A DNA stretch of 64,000 nucleotides from Sphagnum compactum (Eukaryota): assembly GCA_965153455.1 (NCBI GenBank), contig OZ234493.1:29440213-29504212 (forward strand), given 5' to 3'. Below the pieces are notes generated by a model that did not search any database, had not been told where the DNA came from, and saw nothing but the letters and a program-made list of their open reading frames with translations. The position numbers and the translations under genes are program-made. Below, piece after piece: positions 14,401 through 25,949 of this stretch. How positions within the stretch are numbered: the stretch's first letter is position 1; the number at the start of each line of letters is the position of its first letter.

Positions 14401-15149
14401 GTGCATTAATTTAATATTTTCTTCAACATCAACTTCTTGTGTGAGCTGATTTAATATTTTCCACAAACCTGTCTCCCAGGTGTGTTCAAAAAGTCATGAA
14501 CTTATGTAAGTCATTTCTCCATCGTTATTTTCTGATGCAATACAACAATTGGAGGTGGAACACACCATAGCTAGTTGACAGTTGTTAGTGTAATGTGTGG
14601 GACAACAATGGCTTATTTAACGTTCTGAGAATCCTGCCGCTGGTTGTGGGCTACAACATATCCCATTCCTTAAAATTGACAATAGAAGTCAATTAAGCAT
14701 TTAAATCCAGGACGAAGGCATACTGAAAATATACTATAGGGTGGGTAAGCCACTGCTGTCCGGCAGAATGGCATTCTGCCCTGGTGACCAAGGACAGAGC
14801 CCGTGGCCCTGAGAGAGGTGCCTTACCCAGCATAAGAACTGAGGAGATGCATCTTGATGGGTGGCTGAGATTGCCTTTTTAAAAACCTGCCTCCACTCCA
14901 GGGATCTTACAACCCCTGCTCCAGGAACCTTTAGTGAAATCTCCTGCTCCCTGCGCCTGGAGCGAGAAATTGAACTTTGAGAGTGCCCCCAGTTTGTACT
15001 ACATAATTGATTGAGGGTGTTATGTTCATTTATTTTGTGTCTAGCTTCCCCCCTACCTATCCTCCTGTTATCACATTTATTGAAAAAATCCGTGTGGTGA
15101 TGTTGCGTCTACTGCCAGATGTATATAGAGTTCAACTTCCACTGAGAGA

Positions 15150-17640
15150 AAGAAATTAGTTCAGTACAGACTGCAAGACCTGGACAACAGCTGAGGTACC
15201 TATCACCAGAAGCAAGTCACCACCTGTCAAGCCATTGTGTGCGCACTCCACTACTTCTTCCTCATGACACTCTCCAAACCATGCAACATGTGATCAACGC
15301 AATCCATAGCACCGTTTGCAGCAAGGCAGCTGAACTGAATATTTGCCTCTTTTGCCATGGGCTGGTGCTGTCTATACTCCATGTGGAGATATGTCCCCAT
15401 TCAACCCAACCAATTCATTCCATTACTAAGGAGTTAACAAAAGCAATGGAAGGTGAAAAAAAGACACTGAGACTTTGTATAAATCTACTACTTCGACAGA
15501 TAACAGATTCTTGCCCAGAATCTCAGGCCTTCATTGTAGCCTCTTCAAAAATGGACCACTAAAATAGACTGTCAAATTTTTAGTGATATCTGGAGCTGAG
15601 AAATGCAGGTGGGGTTGAGTATGATCATCTTCGATGATTGGATATTCAAGGAAGACAAGTGCAGCATGAGCCCCAAACATTAGTTACATGTCAAATTTGG
15701 TTGAGTTTGTTGAAAACCTTCATACCTACAGAAGGGGGGTAAGCAAGAGAAACTGATTCTCAAGTGCTGGACAAATGGGCCACATCCAGATCAATCTGTA
15801 TGTTGACACAGTAACAGCAGTGTGTCCTCCACATGGAAGCATGCAGCTCCACAGCATTGCTGCACAACTGTGAACAGTTTGAGTTTTCATGCAGTCATGG
15901 TCATGAGATGAAACGGTGATACTCTAAAGCTCGATGCAATATACATCAATAGAAGATATCATGCTTATGGACTGCTATTGCATATGGCTGGCCTAACAGG
16001 GATGCCAGAATCATGTCAACAGCTGAGGCATAAAAAGGTGTTCACTGGCAAACTTTTAGTCATGCTCTGCAGAAACCAAAAGTGAATCAGCAACAACTAC
16101 TTTTCAGACTTGGATCACACCCCTAAAAGGAGCACTAGCCAGGTGTTTGCACCTTTATGAAATGCTTGTGGTTATTCTAGCTTCGTCAAGTCCCTTCATT
16201 TGTTAAATAATTGAACATGTGCAAATTGACAAACGTTTCATGGAACTTGCATTTGTGAGGCCAGCAAAGCGATTGTAGTTGAGCCAAGATGGTGTAAAGC
16301 TTGCTGTGGCAATCACACCAGCACTGTAACACTGCCAATGCGTAATGCCTTGCATTTTGGTGGTGCTGCCGCAACAATGCGTCTGCAAATTCGCCCAATC
16401 CTTTCCTTTATCCTTCACTGCTGTCCATGCTCTAGAATCTCCCACCTCATTCAAGCCCAGGAGAAGCGCCATAGTTTCCATTATAAACTAAGAGCTGAAC
16501 ATTCAACTGCTGCACCTAGGTACCCATAGAGCTATTCTCTAATCTGACATATTTAGGGTTCAAACAAACACTAGGAGACCAGCACTGCTCTCCCTCTGGA
16601 ACACTCCATTTTCTCCACCCGATCCCAAACACTTATGCTGCCCTTATTTGTAACCCCAGAGTGAATCCTCAGAACCTGAGCAAGGCCCTACCTTTGTCAC
16701 GGCCTTCAGTGGAGCAGAATAGCCAATGGGTCCACTTGTATCAAATCCCTATATCAAATGCACAGCTAGAGTAGTGGCTGCATTGTCATCTTTCTTTTCA
16801 CCTGAGACTAGCGTATGAAGGGAGATGTTCAACACAGAAATTGGAGTCAATACGTCTGAGTACATCTCAATCCTTGAATCTGGAGTACTAGTTGCATTTC
16901 CGATTAGGTGATGAGACAAGCTGCAACGATTGTCATGGGGCACTGGAGAAATTTTCAACTACATTGCTAGCCAAACTGCCACTCTTCCCCTGGCATTTAT
17001 CACATCTGTCCATTCCTTTGATGACACGAACAGAATTGTTTTTTGAAGGATTGGATGGGGCCTTGCTCTCGTCTCCAGCCAGAAAAACAAGGACGATGAG
17101 GGCAGCTTGCAGTCTCGTCACAGTTGGAGCGGCGCAAGTTACTAATAACCAGGCCCTTGAATATCTGTTTTCTCATTCCTCCCTTCAAATGTTTTGAGGG
17201 AGCGAACAGAAGTGGCGAACAGGCATATGCACAGCGAGGGCAAACCGATCGATTGCGCATTCGCACCTCAGGTGGTGGGCCCGCCAAGCGGATTCGCTAG
17301 GGTTACCACTTGCCTCCTAAGAGGCAAATATCTGGGGCTACTGTGTCGACAATCGGAACGTGCGGTTCTCCTCTGTTGCTTTACGCGCTGTTTCGCATCT
17401 TCTTTCTGCTGCACGAGTAGTCTGCTGGCCCTGCCTTGTGGCGTCGAAGCTGAAGTTGGCCGTTGCCGTTCGTATCGATCGTTTAGGAACATCTCCCATT
17501 CTTCTTTTTCTTCTTCTGCACACAGATCACCGAGATTGCGCGACCGCCTTGCAAGCTGACGAAGAGGCGGACCACGACCACTACCCACCACTCTCTGATA
17601 TTTGTGCTCCAATACTGCATCGATCCAACTAGCACAGTGC
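15150..17640 (-). pseudogene. Degenerate intron-containing coding relic, possibly a CxC/KDZ (Kyakuja-Dileera-Zisupton-like) transposase
   Basis: Minus-strand fragments: LAVLQCWCDC..LCWPHKCKFHETFVNLHMFNYL, SMTKSLPVNTFYASAVD..ALEYHRF, KFD.VTNVWGSCC, and [15 protein letters not shown]. These loosely follow the CxC + KDZ motif order. A donor-like GAG|gtgcga lies near 17266. Many stops. Confidence 0.3.
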
Positions 17641-18790
17641 ACTGCATCTTCTTTTGCCGCATCGAGATCTGGCGCCCGACCTACAAGCTGACGAAGAGAC
17701 GAAGCACAACCGCGACCCCACCGCGTTCTGGTGTGTGCGCTACCAAGCTATACCGATCCAGCTTGGCTCCACCTTTTTCCGGATCGAGATATTTCCGCCC
17801 TGCAAGTTGACGAATAGACATACCATGACGGCAGACCCCGTCGCATTCTGGTGTCTATTCTACCGAGCTACACCGATCCAGCTAAGTTGCGCCTTCTTTT
17901 TTCGCATGGAGATCAGTCCCGTCCTGTAAGCTGACAAAGAGACGAACCACGTTGCACCTTCTTTTTTCGCCTGGAGATCAGTCCCTTCCTGTAAGCTGAC
18001 AAAGAGAGGAAGCACGACCGCAGAACCCACCGCCTTCTGGTGTGCGCGCTACCAAGCTACTCCGATCCGGCGGGGCTGCACCTTCATTTTCCGCGTCGAG
18101 ATCGGGTGGCCGCCCTTGCGAATTCACGAACAGATGAACCACGACCGCAGACCCCATCGCCTTCTGGTGTATGCGCTAGCAATCTAGACTACACCTTTCT
18201 TCGCATCGAGATTGGGCGCTCGCACCTGCAAGCAGACGAAGAGACGAACCACGACCGCAGACCCCACCGCCTTCTTGTGTCTGCGCTACCAAGCTACTCC
18301 GATCCGGCGAGGCTGCACCTTCATTTTCCGCATCGAGATCGGGTGGCCGCCCTTGCAAACTCACCAACAGATAAACCACGACCGCAGACCCCATCGCCTT
18401 CTGGTGTGTGCGCTACCAATCTAGACTACACCTTCTTTCTCCGCATCGAGATTGGGCGCTCGCACCTGCAAGCAGACGAAGAGCCGAACCACGACCGCAG
18501 ACCCCACCGCCTTCCGGTGTGTGCGCTACCAAGCTACTCCGATCCGGGGAGGCTGCACCTTCATTTTCCGCGTCGAGATCGGGTGGCCGCCCCTGCAAAC
18601 TGACGAAGAGATGAACCACGACCGCAGACCCCATCGCCTTCTGGTGTGTGCGCTACCAATCTAGACTACACCTTTTTCCGCATCGAGCTTGGGCGCTCGC
18701 ATCTGCAAGCAGACGAAGAGACGAACCACGACCGCAGACCCCACCGCCTTCTGGTGTGTCGCGCTACCAAGCTACATCGATCCAGCCCGC
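17540..18790. repeat. GC-rich tandem array with higher-order (~240-bp A+B dimer) structure
   Basis: Anchor 'accacgaccgcagacccc' at ~18011 (degenerate), 18137, 18247, 18375, 18487, 18615, 18724 gives alternating ~128/~110-bp monomers. More diverged monomers lie at 17540-18000. Confidence 0.9.
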
Positions 18791-19016
18791 ACATAGCGCT
18801 GCACCTGACCGATCCCCGTACTGCACCATGCTTTTCGCCCTTCTGCACCCGCACAGATACTTAGTGAAGGAAGGCTGAGCCTGTGGGCGATTGTGCCATC
18901 TCGCATCAGTTCCTACTTCTACCTTACGAATCTCATCTCTGCTGCACGGAGTTTCACAACGCGTAATCAGACCAACTCTTCCGCAATCTCGTAAACGGTA
19001 ATGCCACCCACGAGTG

Positions 19017-22000
19017 ATGGCCGATGTGAGTAAAAACCCAACCCATCATGCACCCTTTTCTTTTCGCCCGATCGTTTTGGGGCATCCATTCTTGAGCAAA
19101 ACACAACTCGCATCGACATTCCTAATCGTTTTTTTATCCAAAGTTCTTTATTTCGAAGGTGGTGAGGGCGATCAATTGTTTGTGAGGGTGGAACTGGGGT
19201 TTTCGATGTGCAGATGCGTCCCGTGACTCAAGTGTGGCCACCTGACGACCACAAGGGTCCCATTCATTTTGACGTCGTGTTCTTCCACGGCTTCCAATTC
19301 GGGCAGGATGCACAAAACATGTGGAAAACGACATGGTCAACACTAAACCACCCGGAAACATGTTGGCCCCAAGAATGGCTGGGACCAGAATTGGGTGACA
19401 CTGTCCGAATCTTGCTCGTCTCGTACGATGCATATGCCACCAAATCCAAGTCCCATAGATTTGGAAATACTGAAGATGTTTCACATATTGCAAAGAATTT
19501 GGTGCAAAGCTTGGTGACCAGGTTTGATTAAGAACTTATATTTTTAATTGTTTGTTGTAAAGATTGCATGGATTTAGGATTTAACATGCACACAAATTAA
19601 CTATACTCTAAAATTACAAATAGGTATTAGAAATATTGGTGTTTCAAATATGTTGTAACTTCCAGAAGCATGCCTTTGTGGAAGACAAAGGGGTGATGAA
19701 TTTAGATCTAAACTATAAATTCCATCCAAACTATAAAATTCATTGTAGATTGTTCTTTTTAAGGTGTCTATGTGCAAGTTGCAAGTATTCTGAACTTAAA
19801 CATACAAGAGGCATTCACTTGCACTTGTGGGATGTACAAAATTTACAGTGAGCACATCTTATCATATTGATTGTAAAAGAGTGGCACACATGGCTATTAT
19901 GTGGTCGTTTAATCTTGTGTTTGTTTGATCTTGATCTACAGTCGCAAGTGGAAGTTGGGCCAAGAACACCCCTTTGTCCTTGTAGGGCATAGCTTTGGTG
20001 GTATTGTCATCGAAAGCTTGGTCATTGAGATTCATAGGATATCTCGACAACAACATCGTGACAATCTAGGGAAAAGAGATGTTGGAAATGCAAATGCTTT
20101 TCTCAAAAATATGGCAGGGGTGGCCTTTTATGCAATACCACATGTTGGGTCACGACAATTAATCGAATATATTTGTAGACAATGTGAAATCAGTTTCCAC
20201 TCCAAGCAATCGGCCAAAGCAATTATCTTGGAAAATATTGATTCCTCCATATCCAAGGCAGCAGATTTGTCAAATGGTTTCTTTAACATACTTCCAAGTT
20301 GCACAAATGTTTATGGTGTTTATGCTTTCATCGAAACCCAACCTATTGATGATAATGTGGTAAGTGATGAGCATTGTCAATTGTGCAATGGATCGCTACT
20401 ATTTAAAGACTATTGTATAAAAACTCAATAAGATTGGAAAACATTTTGGTTTGCAGGGTATGATTGTGGAATATGGACCAGCCCAAATTCCAGGACACAA
20501 ATCTTATAGAGTTGAAGGTTGTGATCATTTCAATGTTTGCAAGCCACCTGATCAAGACCATCCAAGTTATGATATGCTTCTACAATTTTTGGAGGGGTGT
20601 CGAAAGGTAATAATTGTAGTCCAACTTACAAATATTGGAGATTAGTATCAGTCAAAGTTGAATTTATTGATTTGTCAATGTCTATGTTGATTAGCAATAT
20701 CTGAAGTTGATTAATGTTTACGTCTTCAATGTACTAGCGTAGAAGAAGTTGCAAGGCTCATGTAGGATGTTGGAATGTACCAAATGGATAAGGCAAAATA
20801 ACAATTTCAATTGAGACCACCCAAATTGAAAGATTTTTTGCAATGTGCATATTTTTTATCAAAGCATATGGTACAGATACTAAATTTAAAGATTTATAAA
20901 CCTTTTCACACAAAGGGCAACCTTGGGGCAACCTTCATATTTTTGTTTTTTACATTCCTCCTTGGGTTTTATGGATCTTCCTTATTGTTTTTGTCAATGA
21001 AAGTTGGCTAGGACATTGAAGCAATTTGTGAATGTAAAAGGATTGATTGTAGCTTGTACTCTTAATGGGCAAAGTTTGATTTTCTTTGTTATTTATCAAA
21101 ATGCAAGTTATGGGTTGCAAGGACTAAATGAGTTTGCGGTTATGTAGGATTTTCTATCGAGGCATGCAATCCTACCAACATTGCCAAAACATTTGATTGG
21201 GTTGGTTGAATCTATTGCCAATGTTAAGCGAAAAATTGTGGACAACCATATGCTAGCTGTGGTTGGAATGGGTGGAATTGGGAAGACAACATTGGTGAAG
21301 AAACTTTATCATCAAATACATGCTGATTTTAACAAATCAATTTTTTTGGAAAATGTCAAAAAACGTGACATTGTGGAAGTTCAAAAGAAACTCATCATGG
21401 ACTTGTGTGGCTTGAAATTGTCGGATCACACAACTTATCTTACATATTTTAAAGAATGTTGGGTAGAAATGAAAATACTCGTGGTCATTGATGATGTTGA
21501 GGAGACTCAAATAATTGAGCTATTGGGCAAAGACATAGGTGGCATCAAAAGAAGTGAAAATGGCAGTAGAATCATTATGACAGGGCGAAATTGGAAAGAT
21601 TTTGAAAATGTTATACCTAAAGATGGGCAGTTTGGAATGGACGAACTTAATCATACACAAGCAATGGAGCTTTTTTCTTGGAAAGCTTTTGGACAATCAA
21701 TACCTCCTAATGATTTTGCATCCATCACAAATGAGGTGGTACATGCATGCCAAGGGCTACCATTAAGCCTTGAGGTCACAGGTTCATGGCTTTGTACCAA
21801 AAAAACTTCACGAGAATGGAAAGAAAGTTTATTTCGTTTAAAGAATGCCGAACCTTTTGGTGGGGGTCGTATTGACAATGATAAGCTTTGGGGGCAACTA
21901 AGGATTTGTTATTATGACCTCGCCAATGAAGAACGTGAAATGTTTTTAGATATTGCTTGTTTTTTTTCAAAATATAATTCAAAATTTGAAAGCATTTGGC

Positions 22001-23400
22001 AATGGCCAAGGCAAGATGGGATCACAATTCAAAAAGCCTTACAAATATGGGCGGTGTCATCACAACATTCACCAATGATTTGTTTACAAAATTTGATGGA
22101 TAGATCACTTGTCAAGGTGAATGATAAAGGTAATTTGGTGATGCATGATCAATTACGTTATATGGGTCGACAAATTGTAAGAGAAGCTTCTTGTTATGAA
22201 TGTCGTAAACAAAGTAGGATTTGGGACAAGGAGGAAGCAAGAATGGTCCTTTTTAATGAAAAGGTATTTATTTCATCCTCAAATGTTCTTGAACTTTTAA
22301 ATTGTTTACCTTGATGGTTAAAACAACATTATGTGAAGTGTTACATATATGTATCAAAATCTAAGTCCATTCATGGCAATGCATATAAATTGGGGATGAG
22401 TTCCTTGAACTAATTGGTGTGGTGCTTTGTTGGTTTTTAGGTCACTTCGAATATTCAAGCCATGTGGTTGCCAGAAAATCTAGAACTACCACAAGAAGCA
22501 GCAACAACAAACTTTCACAAAATGAAGAAATTGCGAATGCTCATCATGGAAAGAGCTAGTGAGGCATTCATAGAATCTTGTTTTGGACAACATTTTCGCC
22601 AATTGAAATGGCTCCACATAAATTCTCACATGAAACAACTTCCTAAATCCATGCAACACCTTAATGGTTTAACTGTTTTGCAATTGCAAAATTGTCAAAA
22701 CTTGGTGTTCATACCAGAATTTGTCATAAGTAACATGACTTTACTAATGCATTTGGACTTCTATAACTGTTCGTCACTTATTGCGCTACCAATGACAATT
22801 GGGCAGTTGAAACATTTGACCGAACTACAGTTGGTACATTGTGAAAATCTTAAGGAGCTTCCTCAAAGCATTGGCAACCTCTCTTCATTATCAATGTTGA
22901 ACTTATCTTGGTGTAAGTCCATTGAATCATTACCAACAACGATTGGTCAATTGCAACATTTGACCCAGCTACGGTTGGTACAATGTGAAAGTCTTCAAGA
23001 GCTTCCTCAAAGCATTGGCAACCTCTCTTCATTATCAATGTTGAACTTAGCTTGGTGTAAGTCCATTGAATCATTACCAAGAACGATTGGTCAATTGCAA
23101 CATTTGACCGAGCTAAACTTGCAAGTATGTGTAAATCTTAAGGAGCTTCCTCAAAGCATTGGCAACCTTTCTTCATTATCAATGTTGGACTTAGTTGGTT
23201 GTAACTCCATTGAATCATTACCAACAACGATTGGTCAATTGCAACATTTGACCCAGCTATGGTTGGTAGGATGTGAAAATCTTAAGGAGATTCCTGAAAG
23301 CATTGGCAACCTTTCTTCATTATCAATGTTGGATTTTTATGGTTGTAAGTCCATTGAATCATTATCAACAACGATTGGTCAATTCCAACATTTGACCTAG
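19017..23400 (+). CDS. Alpha/beta-hydrolase-NB-ARC-LRR immune receptor (HNL-type NLR), LRR region prematurely terminated
   Basis: Exons ~19017-19025 (or start at ATG 19214), 19214-19521, 19942-20359, 20457-20606, 21148-22263, 22441-23400; GT-AG and phase-compatible. Hydrolase motifs: DVVFFHG, CWPQEWL, GHSFGG (GxSxG), DHFNVCKP. NB-ARC motifs: GMGGIGKTT, LVVIDDV, GSRIIMTGR, GLPL, MHD. 24-aa LRRs follow. Confidence 0.9.
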
Positions 23401-24630
23401 CTACGGTTGGTGGCATGTGAAAATCTTAAAGAGTTTCCTCAAAGCATTGGCAACCTCTCTTCATTATCAATGTTGGACTTAACTTGGTGTATGTCCATTG
23501 AATCATTACCAACAACGATTGGTCAATTGCATCATTTGACCGAGCTACGGTTGGTAAATTGTCAAAATCTTAAAAAGCTTCCTAAAAGCATTGGCAACCT
23601 CTTTTCATTATCAATGTTGGACTTATTTGGTTGTAAGTCCATTAAATCATTACTAATAACAATTGGTCAATTGTAGCATTGGACCAAGCTATTGTTCTGA
23701 AAATGTGAAAATTTTAAGGAGGTCCCTTAGAGCATTACAAGCCTTTCTTTCATTATCAATCTTGCACTCATCTGGTTGTAAGTCCATTGAATCATTACCA
23801 ACAACGATTGGTCAATGGCAACACTTGACCAAACTATGTTTGCAAAGATGTGAAAATTTTAAAGAGCTTTCTAATTGCATTGCAAGCCTTTCTTCATTAT
23901 CAATATTAGACATATCTCATTGTAATTCCATTGAATCATTACCAACAACAATTGGTCAATTGCAACATTTGACCATACTATTGTTGCGAAAATGTGAAAA
24001 TTTTAAAGAGCTTCCTCAAAGTATTGCAAGCCTCTCTTCATTATCAATATTGGACATATGTAGCTATAATTCCATTGAATCATTACCAACGACGATTGGT
24101 CAAGTGCAACATTTGACCCAGCTATGGTTGGTAGGATGTGGAAATCTTAAGGAGGTTACTCAAAGCATTGTAAACCTCTCTTCATTATCAATGTTGGACT
24201 TATCTTTCCGTAAGTCAACTGAATCATTACCAACAATGATTGGTCAATTACATCATTTGACCAAGCTACTATTGGCAAGATGTGGAAATCTTAAGGAGTT
24301 TCCTCAAAGCATTACAAGCCTCTGTTCATTATGAATGTTGAATTTATCCGGCTATATATCCATTGAATCATTACCAACAACAATTGGTCAATTGCAACAT
24401 TTGACCAATCTACGGTTGACAAATTGTGAAAATCTTAAGGAGTTTCCTCAAAGCATTGCAAGCCTCTTTTCATTATTAATGTTGGACTTATCTGGTGTAA
24501 TTCCATTGAATCATTATTAACAACGATTGGTCAATTATAATGTCTGATTGAATTACAATTGATAGGTTGTGAAAATCTTAATGAGCTTCCTCAGAGCATT
24601 CCAAACCTCTTATCATTATCAATGATAATG
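23401..24630 (+). pseudogene. Degenerate continuation of the NLR LRR array after the stop codon
   Basis: The same 144-bp unit (LPTTIGQLQHLT.L.L..CENLKE / LPQSIGNLSSLSMLDL..CKSIES) continues with stops at 23674, 24332 and ~24518-24540, and with frameshifts. Confidence 0.88.
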
Positions 24631-25949
24631 ATTTTAAGATAATGTAATATTATTTACAGTAATTAATTTCTTTTATTGTAAGAATTTAAAATATATAATG
24701 TAAAAATATATGTTTTTAAAAAATAATTATTTAGTGTAACTTATAAGTAATAAATAAAATCATTTATAAATATTTATAAAAGTGATTCATTATGGATAAC
24801 AATAGTAGAAAAAACCTTAAAGGTCAATAAATAATTTTAAGAATTGAAATATTAATTTTAGCTTCCAAAAAAACAATTCAAAATTCAAAATCATTTTTCA
24901 GATGAAATAAGTTTTTGAATTTAAATAAAAATTTCAGAATTGAAATTTCAATTTTCAAATTCAAAATTGAAATGAACATTTTTAGACTCAATTTATAATT
25001 TTTTGAATTGAAATATTAATTCTAAGAATCTAAAATAATAATTCGAAATTACAATTTCAAGTTTCAAATCAAATAATTTTTTAATTTAAATTTAAAAAAT
25101 CAAAATTGAAACATTAATTGTTAGGATCGAAAATAATAATGAAGAATTCAAATAAAAAATTTTAAATCAAATAAGTTTTTTGAATTTAAATTAAAATTAA
25201 AAAATTCAAATAAAATATATACAGAAATATATATTTATGATATATGTAATATATCGTAAATATAATTTTAATACATACATAAAAATACACCTTTACGTCA
25301 TTGTAGAGTACCTTTAGGATGTGACTAAATTGGTGTCTATTGCAACTAATGGGACATATCAACATATGCATGAATGAAAACAAACCTAAAATCCATCCAA
25401 CCGATAGGATGAAGTTTTCAATAATTACATCATAGTTGTAAGAGTTGCCAAAATACTTGAAATATGATCTTATAGTCGTAAATATTCCCAAACTTAGTTG
25501 CAAACAACTACAAGTCGCATGTAGTTGCAAACGAAGTGGTTACGTTTTGGCTGACTAGTGTATCCTAAATGCCAGAAGGAAGTGGATTGGAAGGGTGAAT
25601 TAGTTAATCCACCCCTAATTGTGAACTTGTTACTAATGATTTGTCGAAGGTTTTCATAATGCAATAATGGATTTCAATTATAATTTTAATTTGAATAGGC
25701 CATTATATCTAAAATTGTAATGGTTGAATATGGTGAAATTAGTGAATGATGCATTTAAAAATAATCACATGCACAAAGGAATCTAAAGTTTTCAAAGCCT
25801 CGACATAGTTCTAGTTATTTGGTTATAAATATAGCCAGTTCACCAAACCCACATGGCTTATCATGCCAATTTTGAACATTATGTTAAACTTAAAAAATTA
25901 GTTATGATACTTGTTCATGGTTTTTAGAAATCTTGAAAAAAAAAATAAT

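Noticed and set aside
17990-18880. Many overlapping ORFs (e.g. 18040-18603) and a regularly spaced repeat that could suggest a CRISPR array or repeat protein
   Set aside because: The sequence between anchors is itself repeated, so there are no unique spacers. The context is eukaryotic, and the ORFs arise from GC-rich tandem DNA in several frames.
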